From NCBI RefSeq assembly GCF_009914755.1, contig NC_060926.1: 64,000 nucleotides of DNA; one strand, written 5' to 3'. Source of the DNA: the human T2T-CHM13v2.0 reference genome, Homo sapiens. The first letter of the stretch is position 1; each line of letters starts with the position of its first letter. Below the pieces are notes generated by a model. It did no database searches. It was not told the DNA's origin and saw only the letters and a list, made by a program, of their open reading frames with translations. Below, piece by piece: positions 17,196-29,648 of this stretch. Position numbers and translations under genes: made by a program.

Positions 17196-18119
17196 TGACA
17201 TTTTCAGATATGTAAATATATCAAATTTTCCATCATGATTTCTTGCCTTTAGAAAGTGCCTACTTTATATTCACCAATGTTTTCTTCTAGCACTGCTATT
17301 TCCATTACAGTGAAATCTTCAGTCATCACTACTTTTATTTTAAAATTCTTGGCAACTGCAAAGTATTGGCTTTTCAAACCAAATTTTAGCATGATTTTTC
17401 TACTTGTCCGCAAAAGTATATTAGGACTTTGATTGAATTTACTTTAGTTTGAGCAAGAATTGACATTTTCATAATCTTCCTATCCAGAAGTATGGTTTGT
17501 CTTTCCACTTACTTAGCTTCTTCCCCTCAGCAGAATTTGTCCCTTCCTTTATATCGTTTATAAACTTGTTCCTAGGAATGCTACATTCGTAGTTGCTCTT
17601 GTGAAAGGGGTAATTTACCATCATCGTGCTTCCAGCTGCACGTTGTGATGGCGTGTGTCCCCGCAGCTGGGTGGCTGGGGCTGTTTGCAGACAGCCATTT
17701 TAGTAGAGTCCTTGCAGGTCAGCCTCCCCTTCCTGCAGTCCAGGTATCTGGAGAGAGTGAGAATCTCATGTGAAGAAGCCCCTGGGAGTAGGAATTGGTG
17801 GGGATAGAGATTCAGTCCCGAGGATTATCTCTCCAGAACCAATCACTAAACCACCTCTCTCCAAAGAAGCTCTTTCCACCAAAGAATTTCAACATCACAT
17901 CTAGCTCTGTGGCTCACCCTGAGACCACATGTGCAGCAGGATAATCAACGAAAGGTATAACAGAAGCTTCTGAGCTGATAATGAAGGACTCTCTTCCTCC
18001 TTCTGTCAGCCACACCTATCATCCATGGTGGCTCCTGTAGGAAACCCGACCTACCATTATGAAAATCTCACCTCCTTGTCTGTGAAGTGAACGTGACACA
18101 TTAAAAATGAGATTCTGGA

Positions 18120-18570
<451 letters not shown>

Positions 18571-19329
18571 ACAAATGAGACCAAGTTCCCAGATAGGTAT
18601 GTACTCAGCAGTGAGGTGCACATACATTCACTGAGGACACGTGCCAGAATGTTTGTAGCAGCACTGTTGGTTATAGCCCCAAACTGGAAACAATCCAATT
18701 ATCTATCCACAGTGGAATGGATAAACAAATTGTAGTACATGAAAGAATACCTACAATCATGAGAATGAACCAACTGCCAATATATTTTCAACACAGACTC
18801 TCACAACCATAGTGTTAAGGATGCCAGACAGAAGACAGCACATAGCATGAGCCTCATGAATGTGAAGTTTTAAAAAATAGAGAAAGCTCCTCAATGAACA
18901 GGAAATTAGGATAGTGGTTACTCATGGGTAAGAAGTGGTGATGGGAAGAGGAATGAGGGGCCATCGGTGGATCTGTTAATGTTCTGGCACTTGACCTGGG
19001 TACCTTGTTACATCAGCCCTAGGAAACTATTAGAAAAGACATCTACGAAAAACTTGCCACTAAATTACATTCCTAGTGAAACAGCAAACACTTGCTCTCT
19101 AGGATCAGAAAAAAGGTGAGGATGTTCACCGTTATCACATCTATACCACATTGTACTGGAGCCCTTACTTGTAATCCAAGAGAAAGAAAAGGCATAAAGA
19201 TTGAGGAAAAGAGGTAAAACTGTCTTTGTTCTCAGATGATGCGATTATGTATATAGAAAACCCAATGAACCTATTTAAAATACCATGACTAAAAAATGAA
19301 TATATACAGGTTGTAAAGAATACAAGGTC

Positions 19330-19663
<334 letters not shown>

Positions 19664-21322
19664 TTACCAATAAAGAATTATAAAACGAAACAAATAAATG
19701 CAATAGCATCAGAAACATAAAATACTTGGACATAAATTGAACAAAAGATGTTCAAGACCTCTATATTCTCTATACTAAAAAAAACACAACATTTGTGAGA
19801 GGAATTAAACAAATGGAGAAATATACCATGTTCATGGATTTGAAATCAAAATTGTTGAGATATCATTTTCCCCAAAATTGGTTTATAGATTTAACATAAG
19901 CCCAATTAATACCAACAGATTTTCTTTTGTAGAATTTGATAAACCAATTCAAATGGTTATTTGGGTATTCAAAGGATCTAGAAAAGCTCAACAGTCTCGA
20001 AAAAGTCAGAGTACTCATACTGTCTGATGTTAATACTTATTAGAAATCTAAAGTGATCAAGATAGTGTGAAATTGGCATAAGGATAGAAAAAAATAAACT
20101 AATGTAACAGCACAAAGAGTCTAGAAATAAATCCATTAAACGTTGTCAATTGGTCTTTGACAAAGATGCCAAAACAATTAAATGAGAAAAACAAAATTTC
20201 TTAAACAAATACTGCTGGGACACCTGTATAACCATATGGAAAAGAAATAAACCTCAATCCCTACCTCATACCTTACATTAAAAAATCAATTAAAAGTGGA
20301 TCACAGACCTATATGTGAAACCTAAAACTATAAAGCTTCTGAAAGAAAGAATATGAGAATATCTTCAAAATTTGAACATGGGTGTTTAAAGAATTTTTAG
20401 ACAGGACATTAAAAGCACTAACAATAAAATTAAAATTTATACATTGAGCTTGATCAAAATTATAAATTTCTACTCATGAAAAGACAAAATTTTAAAAGTG
20501 AAATACCACAGTCTGAAAGGAAATATTCACAATGAATATACATGACAAAAGACTTGTATCCACAATATAAAACGAATTCCTACAAATCAATAATTAAAAG
20601 ACAGTCTAAATGACCAAAAGACTTAAGCAGACACTTCACAAAAGAAGATATACAAATGGCCAATACCACATAAAAAGATGTTCAGCATCATTAGTCATCA
20701 GAAAAATACAAATTAAAACCACAATAACATAAAATTTTACTAAATACAATTGCTAAAATTAAAATAACTGACAGCACCAAATATTGGTAAAGTTGTGGAG
20801 CAACTGAAACTCTCATACATTGCTGGTGGGAGTGTAAAATAGCACAGATATGTTGGCAGGGCTGTGCTGAAATGGGGAGAGAGTCATGTGAATGGTCTGT
20901 CCAGATCAGGCAATAAGGGAGTGCAATTTCTGCACAGAATTTAAAAATTATAATAAAACTAACTAAAAATTGATCTACTTTACATCATCACAATGCATTC
21001 GCATTTCTAAACAATGTCAGTGATAAAATATGTCTGTCTTGTAGGGTGGGCCATTTCTACCTCATCCTCACTGATGCTATTTACTCAAGAGAAATTAAAA
21101 CAAAAATACATGTAAAGAAATGTCCATAGCAATTTTATGGTGGAAGACTGAAGGCAACCCAAATGTCCATGTCAGGAGAATGGATAAACAAGTTGTAGTG
21201 TATTTAAAAAATGGAATATTACTCAGCAAGTAAAAAGAACAAACTATTGTGGATGAACCTCATAAACATATTGAGTGAAACTAGACACAAAAGAATACAT
21301 GTTGTACAGTATATGAAATTCA

Positions 21323-21747
<425 letters not shown>

Positions 21748-22269
21748 TTACTGGAAAAGAATGGGGAGAAATTTTCTGGAATTATGGAAATGTTCTGTAT
21801 CTTGATTGGTTTGTTGGATACATGAATATATATCTTTGTAAAATAGTTTTTCATTTTACCTAAAATTTTTTTTTAATTACCTTCAACACTTAGCTTTCAG
21901 CTAGCTCCTCAGTGGAAAAGAGGGGCCTCTGAAGGGGGCAGGTGGAGGTAGGGGAGGTGGAGCTGAAGATAGCTGCTGCTCTTGTCAGAAGAACAGGATC
22001 TCAAACTCACCCACTCCCTTACTCAGAGCATGTGATTGATGGAGCACACTTCTCCTTGAGAAGAACTCTGAGGACAATGGGCACACCCTTGTCTGAGCCC
22101 GTTACATTTCCAGAAAGCTAATCTACTGACCCTCTATGGATTTGTTACAACCATAAGTCTTACATAACCAGTGCTTTAAATTGTAATAAACTAGATATCT
22201 TTGCAAACAACATTCAACTTCTAAATTTTGAGAAACAGGCAAATACATGTAAAAGTTCTCATTTCTGAT

Positions 22270-22400
22270 TTTATTTTAACTAGAGACGGGGATCTCGCTA
22301 TGTTGCCCAGGTTGATCTTGAACTCCTGGGCTCAAGCAATCCGCCCACCTTGGCCTCCCAAAGTGCTAGGATTACAGGCAGGAGCCACCGTGCACAGCCT
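22270..22400 (-). mobile_element. FLAM/Alu monomer
   Basis: Antisense left-arm match. Confidence 0.75.
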
Positions 22401-23104
22401 GAGATTTTATTTTCAAAGTGAACTGTTGCAGGATTGATTCCAACAGCCCTTCCCACTGGAGCCAATCACACCGGAGTTGATGAGGGAAGGGAAGAGTTAG
22501 TGGAGAGGCCTCAGCCAAGAGGCTCAAAATCAACGCAAGGAAGATGAGGACTGAAAATCAGCTTGGAGATTTCAGCCAGGTGGAGGTGGAGGAATAGAAG
22601 CCAGATTGAGCTAGGATGAGTGTAGGGAGTGATAAGGAAATGGAGACTGAATTTTCAAGAGGTTTGGCTAAGAAGAAAATAAGATAAACAGGGTATCAAG
22701 TGGAGGAGGACGTGGGGTCAAAGAAGGGGTTTGTTTTTGTTTTAAGGCTAATACGAGCATGTTTCAGAGCTGACAGGAAGAGCTGAAAGGTTAGGAGGCG
22801 GGGGCTGATGGATGTCTCAGGTGTCTGATAGGAGGGGAGGGGTGGAATCCTCATCTAGAGAGTGGCTGGAGAGAAAAGACAGACGCCTCTTCCGCGGCGA
22901 GTGGCAGGAGGAGCAGTGGGCAGAAGGGCAGCTGTGGATGGGGGCGGATGTGCTGGCAGGCAGGAGGGCGTTCTTATGTTGATAGACATAAGCCACCTAA
23001 AGCCATGGCTTCCAGATCCTCAGCAGCTGAGCTGCTGAGAGGTGTGCAGCAGTCTGGAGAGGGCAGGATGTGGCCGTTGAGAGTGTGGACAGAGTGACAG
23101 AGCA

Positions 23105-23265
23105 GCAGTTCCCAAACCCGAGTGTGCATCAGAATCACTAAGGGCTTGGTGGGCACAGAACACACCCTGAGTTTCGGAATAGACATAGAAAGGGTTTGCC
23201 TTCCTAACAAGTTCCCAGGTGCTGCTGGGGCTGCTGGCCGAGGTCCTTGCTTGGAGAATGACTGG
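23105..23265. mobile_element. MER5A-like MITE
   Basis: cagttcccaaacc...gcatcagaatcac...ctaacaagttcccaggtgctgctg...gagaatgactg. Confidence 0.65.
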
Positions 23266-23916
23266 TTAAAGAAGCCACAGCTGTCCCACCCTGCAGCTCC
23301 AAGGGGACCGCTTTGCATGGCTGCCACCATGCCCCTCCAAGAGGAGGTAGCATGCTGGTCCCAAGGGGCATGATGGTATCACTTTCACCAACAGAACTTA
23401 GCAGTCCCTGAGCAGAACCTGGAACCAGAAAGGGGGACAGGAGAAGCTCTGCCACTTGGGTAAGATGCAAGAACAGAACAAAGAGGATTCAGGTGCTGGC
23501 AGGAATGGCTGTTGGACTGAGCTGAGGGCTCCTGGCCCAGAGTCACTCTCCTCACTCCCAGTGCGGACTCTCATTTCCCTGTCACTTGTCCACACCCTGT
23601 GTCTTTCCAGTTCCCACCCAAATCTCCTGTCTTGCATGGAGCCTGGGCTGCACCACGACCGCATTCACCCTGCTGTCCTTCCCTGAGTCCACAAAACTCA
23701 GTATGCGACATGGACCTCCCGCAGCCTCCTGGCTCCCCTTGGATTATTGACTGGCTATACTGTACTCCATCAAATATAAGATGCTATCACTTGTGAAAGA
23801 CATTACTTAATCACTGCCAATTATAATTGTAAAAGATATCTTGATTCTCAAGACGTTAAAATGTGAAGAAATGTGTTTCTTAGAATCCATGGAATATGGA
23901 TTCTTGAGCATCTGAA

Positions 23917-24223
23917 CAGGTGATCTGCAGAGCATGGTGCCCCCCAAGACCCATTCAGGGGGGTCTCCAAGGTCAAAACTATTTTTTGCAACAATATAAG
24001 TCGTTATTTGCCCTTTTCACTCTCATTCTCTCATTAGCGTGCAGTGGGGTTTTCCAGAGACTACATGTGTGATGACATCGCTTTGATGCCCAATGGAATA
24101 TATGTATTCTTGTGTCTTAAAACTTTCTGAGTTTTAGTTTCTAATATGGTAAATGTTGATAGACATAAGCCACCTAAACAAAAGCTCTTGGGGTCCTGAA
24201 ACCAAAAAATTTAGGAATCACTG
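23917..24223. mobile_element. hAT-Charlie family DNA transposon fragment
   Basis: cag...ctg-type termini with ggggtctccaaggtcaaaactatttt; family assigned by eye. Confidence 0.5.
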
Positions 24224-25858
24224 CACTAGGTTGTACGCCCAGCACTTGGCCGGCATTGAGCCCATGGTCAAGGGTAAGGAGAGGCCCGAGGGGGATGTGC
24301 ACAGTGCTGAAGGTGCACAGGAAAGGGACTTATCCCAGCCGGTCTGGGAAGGCCTTCCAGGGGAAGTGGGGTGCTCGCCTGCCAATCTCAGGCATGTGGA
24401 TGCTTCACCCAGGTGGCCCTGTCTTGCTGACCAGAGATTTGTGCCAAACCAGCTCTGCGACCCTGGGTTTAGTCATGCTACCTTCTATCACTATTAACAT
24501 GAGGCTAATGTGTAGGTCACAGAGGCTGTGATGAAAATTAAATAATTGAATGCACGTGAAAGAATGCCACTCATAGAAGGTTTCACATGACCACATCCTT
24601 GGTGGCTGGGTTGTGTCTTGGGCATCTCTGTTTTCTGCCACAGAGCTTAACACAATGCTTGGCACACAGGGGTGCTTGGAAAACACTGAGTGAAGGAATG
24701 CATGTTGGGGGTGTGGCCTAAGCAAGACGTGGAGCTTGCCTTCTCCAGACACCAGGTTTCCCATGGGATCTGGAGCAGGTGATGAGCGGTAGTCCATAAC
24801 ACCTTCCTCTCTGGCTCTGTGCCAAACCAGATTCCTCCTCGTCTCCTCCAAACCATCTGTCTTCTTCCACCTCCCCATTCCCTCCCCCCAGTTCCCCAGG
24901 CTGGTGGCCTTAGCATCAGTTAGACTTTCTTCTTTCCCCACCTGTCTGTCCTCAAGGTTGCTAGGTTCATCCAAGATCTGAGCCAAGAGGTCCGGGTCTG
25001 GGACGTGGGCGCTAAGGGCCCAAGGCAGCTGCAAAAGACCTGAAAGGTGAGAAGAGAGATCAGTGGAGGACCCCGGACTGTCCTCAAGAAGCGGACGGAC
25101 TCCCCTGCCCTCCACTGGCAGCCCAACAGCAGAACCAAAGCGGACCACTCAGCACAACCTGTGTGTGTTGCTGGGCGCTGTCCCTGGCCCAGTCTGGACC
25201 AGGAGCAAAGAGGAAAGATTCAGGGCGTTAGTGCCAAGAGCAGCCATCCCAGCAACAGAAGCCCCTGCTTCCCCAGTACCCGTGATACTTGGGAGGAGCA
25301 GAGTCTTGAGTGGAACCCGAGCCTCTGACACCCGCCCTGGGGGTCTTCCCTCCACTCTCGCCAGGGTCCTCCTGGATGAGTGAGACAAGGGCAGTTCAGG
25401 AGGTCACCCAATAACTGAGGTCGCAGCAACACGAAGGAGCCAGGGAGCAGGGGCGGCCTTCCCTTCTCCACTCCAGGCGGCTCCAGCGTGCACCCCAGGA
25501 CCCCCCAGGAAGGTTTTGCAGGAATAAAGAATGAAGGCAGAAGCAAGATGGAGGATGAAGGAGGCGTGGATGGCTTCAGAAGGCAAGACGGAGGCAGCAG
25601 TTTGGCGCCTGTCTCAAAGCCTCCTCCCCGCGCCAAGGACAGGTCGGAGGAGGGGGGCGTGGGGACAGGTAGAGCGGAGGCTCCAGCGTTTCTAAAGGGG
25701 AAGACCTGAAGTGGGGCAGGAGAGACGGGTGAGTTGTCTGGAAGCTGCATTTGCCTGGCAAACACTGGGTTAACAAAGACTTGCGTTGCGGGGATGCTGG
25801 CCTTGGACAGGGAATGCGAAGGGATTATGCTACGGAGAACGGATCCGAGCGTGACGGC

Positions 25859-25930
25859 TGAATGAATGAGTGAGCGAGTGAGTGAGTGAGTGAGTGAGTG
25901 AGCGAGTGAGTGAGTGACTGTGCGAGCGAG
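25859..25930. repeat. (GAGT)n/(GAGC) tetranucleotide microsatellite in the ITM2C promoter
   Basis: tgaatgaatgagtgagcgagtgagtgagt... Confidence 0.9.
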
Positions 25931-26199
25931 CGGCAGAAGGAACTCCGACCCGCCCCAGGTGCGGAGCGGCGCGCCCGGCAGGGGTCACTGCGGGCCCCGC
26001 GGGCGGGAAGGGGGCGCAGGCGCGGCGGGCGCCGGGGCCCTCCCGCGGGGACGGGGCGGGGAGGGCTGGGGGTGGGGTTAGAGAGAGGGACGCGAGCGGG
26101 ATCCAAACTTCCGGTGCCTGCAGAGCTCGGAGCGGCGGAGGCAGAGACCGAGGCTGCACCGGCAGAGGCTGCGGGGCGGACGCGCGGGCCGGCGCAGCC

Positions 26200-26319
26200 A
26201 TGGTGAAGATTAGCTTCCAGCCCGCCGTGGCTGGCATCAAGGGCGACAAGGCTGACAAGGCGTCGGCGTCGGCCCCTGCGCCGGCCTCGGCCACCGAGAT
26301 CCTGCTGACGCCGGCTAGG
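26200..26319 (+). CDS. ITM2C: ITM2C exon 1 (aa 1-40, cytoplasmic N-terminus)
   Basis: MVKISFQPAVAGIKGDKADKASASAPAPASATEILLTPAR; donor AGG|GTGAGA. Confidence 0.97.
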
Positions 26320-28809
26320 GTGAGAGGGTCTGGGGCTCAGGCGGTGGGGCGGGGGACCCAGGCTCACGACCCAGGCGCGCCCCGTCGGCCCTGGGGACTG
26401 CCCGAGGCGCGTCAGGGCCCCAGAGCCCGGGGTGGAGCAGGGTTGGGAAGTCTCGAATGGTTGCTTATCCCAGAATGAGGAGGGGGCTTAAGTCCCGTAC
26501 TAAAGCGGCAGCCAAAAGCTGAAGTCCGAAGAGTGGGAGGCGTCTGGTTCTGGTCTTCAGGTGGAGAAGTGCTCGAGGTCTCTTCCAAAAGTGGGGGCCC
26601 CCTCGCCGCCTTATAGGGGGAGGGGGCTGGTCCGAAGAAGTTCGAGGAATGTTGGTGGGGGGGTACGCGTCTGGTTCCAATCAACTGGGAAAGCCGCGAG
26701 TCGAGTCCCCAGGTGGGGGATGGGAGGAGGGTTAGACGTAGTTTTTCCAAAGTAGGGCGGTGGGACCTGATTGGCTGGGGAATTGGGGGTGGGGGGGTCT
26801 GGTACCAACGAAGAGGGTGGGGCCGTTGATTTCCTCCGAAATTGGGGGCTGCGAGGGACAGAGGATGTGCTGCTGGCCTGCACCGGAATTGACAGACCAG
26901 AAAGTGATGAAATGGAAATCAGCCAGAACCGACGGCGCTGCGGCCTCTGGACGTCGGGGGTCCGAGGCCGGGTGCCCCCTTCCCACCCCACGCCCTGCCG
27001 TCTGGGCCTCCCTGCTCCCCTCTCTTTTCTCCATTCCCAGCCTCTCGCTGGGCTGTCCCCCGACCCCACGGGGAGGGCTCCCAACTGCCCCAGTGCCCTT
27101 GCATCCTGGGTCCCCGGGCTCTGTGCGCGTTCCCCCACCCCTGTCATCCCCCTCCCCTACCCCGGCTTCCTCCACTTTCCCTCTGGCCGGGGGGGAGAGA
27201 AGGCATTTCCGCCGTGGAAAACTGTCTGAGCTGCGTGCCTTGTGTCCGGGAAGGGCCCGCAGGGGGCAGAACGCGTGGCGGGCAGGGACAGGGAGGGAGG
27301 GAGAGCTGGCCCAGCCAGGTTTTATTGTGCCTGGCAAAGGTGTCTACGTGGGCGCCGCCCCCAGCGGTCTTGTGGCTTACCAAGCCCATGTCCTCCCCGC
27401 CTCCCCACCCCGCATTGAGGCAGGACTGAGAAAGTCTTTGTCCACTGCTTCCCCACTTCCAGATGCAGGCTTCTGAAGAGTCTTCCTGAACGCCTAGCCC
27501 CCTCCCCAGGTTTTGTGGCTCAGGTTCAGTCTTGCCTGGGGCATTAAGGGGCCTGCAGAGGATGACCTGGACCCTGGAGGAGGGGGCGCCGGAGAGGGCC
27601 GTCAGAGTTGGGTGTCAGCCTGGGCAGAGACCCTGAGTGAGGAATGCCAGGAGACTGAGAACCCCCTGCCCTTTTATGGTGGTCACTGCAGCAACCAGTG
27701 GCTCAGAGCCACAAGAGTTCAACAACCACCTAGGCGAGGTTGGGGGTTGCTGTGCACCCCATGAGAGCAGCTCCCCCCTTTTCATCTGAAGCTTAGGTGG
27801 AGGGGGCGCTCCATATTTGAAGAAGATGGTTCTGCAGCTTTAAAAGTTTGCAAGGGGTTCTTCAAGACTCCTTTTCTTTGGAAGGGAAGCTGCCCTCCAC
27901 TCAGCCTGGGGAGGGGCAGGGATGGGGGCAGGAGGCAGCACGCTTGCCCATCTCTTTTCCTAGCCACCTCTTCCTGGAGATATTTGAGGAGGGAGGACCA
28001 GGTCAGACAGTGGGAGGGTGTTATTCCAACTCCATCAGAAGGTCCCCCAGATTTTGCAGGAGCGGCACATTCTCCAGCCGCAGCCTGCTGATGGCATGGG
28101 TTTGGGCAGTCTGACAGAGACCTGCATCTCGGGGCATAACTGACATCCTAGCTTCTGGCTTCTCATCAGGCTCTGAAATTGAGCGTCCTTTCTTCCCCCT
28201 CACCCAGCATGAAATGGAAATATCAACATCTTCCTGCGTGCTGTTTGTAATGGCCTTGAGCCTGCTGAGTACCTCCTCCCTCAAACTTTGTCAGTTGGGC
28301 AGGGTCCCCTCCCTCTCTAATTGGCAAGGGGGAGCTTAGGACTATGCGATCTGGGGAAAGAATTAGAATCCTGGCATCTTTAGGACAGAACTGCATGTTA
28401 GTAAACTTTCACAGCTTCCCAAGGCCCTGGCGTGGTGCAGAGGGACTTTAGGTGTTGCAAGTTGGCTCTGCCCATCACCTGCTAGATTTGGAGGCTTGGA
28501 AACAGTTCACTTCTGCGGGCCTCCTGTTGCCCCACTTGGCCAACCCGCACATTTCCTCCTTACCCAGTTTCTGGCAAGGAGCCAGGCCTCCTCTCCTGCC
28601 CCCAGCAGTGAGCAGGCAGGAGGCCCATTTCTCAGCTGTAGCTCAGTGAGCCGAGAGATGGCAGCCAGGAGGCTGCTTTCTCAGGGCAGGGCGTGTAGAT
28701 TTTGTCCCGTACTGTTGGGAATGCCCAGGAAAGCTTATTAAAACGTTTCTTCTGGCTGGCAGTGACCCCAGAACCCTCCTTGGTGTCTGAACTGGACTCC
28801 AAAACAAGA

Positions 28810-29130
28810 TTTATTTTATTTTATCTATTTTATTTTATTTTTTTTTTTTTTTGAGACAGAGTCTCACTTTTACCCAGGCTAGAGTTCCGTGGCACGATCT
28901 TGGCTCATTGCAACCTTCACTTCCAGGTTCAAGTGATTCTCCTGCCTCAGCCTCCCAAGTAGCTGGGATTACAGGCACCTGCCACCATGCCCGGCTAATT
29001 TTTGTATTTTTAGTAGAGACAGGGTTTCACCATGTTGGCCAGACTGGTCTCAAATTCCTGACCTCAGGTGATCTTCCCACCTCAGCCTCCCAAATTGTTG
29101 GGATTACAGGTGTCAGCCACCACACCCGGC
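28810..29130 (-). mobile_element. AluS in ITM2C intron 1
   Basis: Antisense Alu; TSD ccaaaacaagat. Confidence 0.9.
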
Positions 29131-29612
29131 CCAAAACAAGATGTAAAAAGTGATCCGCGGGAGGAGCACTCGGTGAACAGATGATTGTGCGTTGGGGCAG
29201 TTCTTGACCTGTGTCCAGGCCCAGAGTGAGGGCGGGGTGGGGGCAGGGTGAGGCGGCAGGAGCACCCTCTCGGTGGGCACTGCCCCTGCTTCTGAGCAAA
29301 AACTGCAACACAAGGAGGATTTTGTCTGTGGACCTGAGACTGGAAGGAAGTGCCTCAGTGGGCCAGGGAGGGATGGGGGTGGGGGCCAGCTGGGCTTCCA
29401 GCTGCCCGGCCTCCCCCCCTGGTGTTTTGAGTCTGAGATAATGAGGAGCTGGGACACTGCCAGCTTGGGAAGTGGGCTGGACCGGAAGCACCCCCTGGGA
29501 CAGCAAAGCACTCCCTCCCAGCGCCAACTGGATCCCTCCTCCCCTTTGGGGGCCCACTGGCTGGCCATGCCCCTCTTAGCCTGCCCCTTCTCCCCACACC
29601 CTGCCTGTGCCT

Positions 29613-29617
<5 letters not shown>

Positions 29618-29646
<29 letters not shown>
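29618..29646. repeat. (CA)n microsatellite in intron 1
   Basis: Direct reading. Confidence 0.9.

Positions 29647-29648
<2 letters not shown>

Larger units (their letters stand above)
25840..27400. promoter_or_regulatory. ITM2C: CpG island / ITM2C promoter and first exon region
   Basis: Very high GC and CpG density, GC boxes (ggggcgg), ETS-like acttccgg at ~26107, strong Kozak gcagccATGG. Confidence 0.9.

Noticed and set aside
24405-27476. Long ORFs (247, 238, 201, 181 and 180 aa) around the promoter
   Set aside because: Low-complexity Pro/Gly/Arg-rich translations expected in GC-rich, stop-poor DNA; no recognisable domains
27575-27812. Additional AGGGGGCGC CTCF-like cores in intron 1
   Set aside because: They lack the 5' CC-containing half of the motif; likely chance matches in GC-rich DNA
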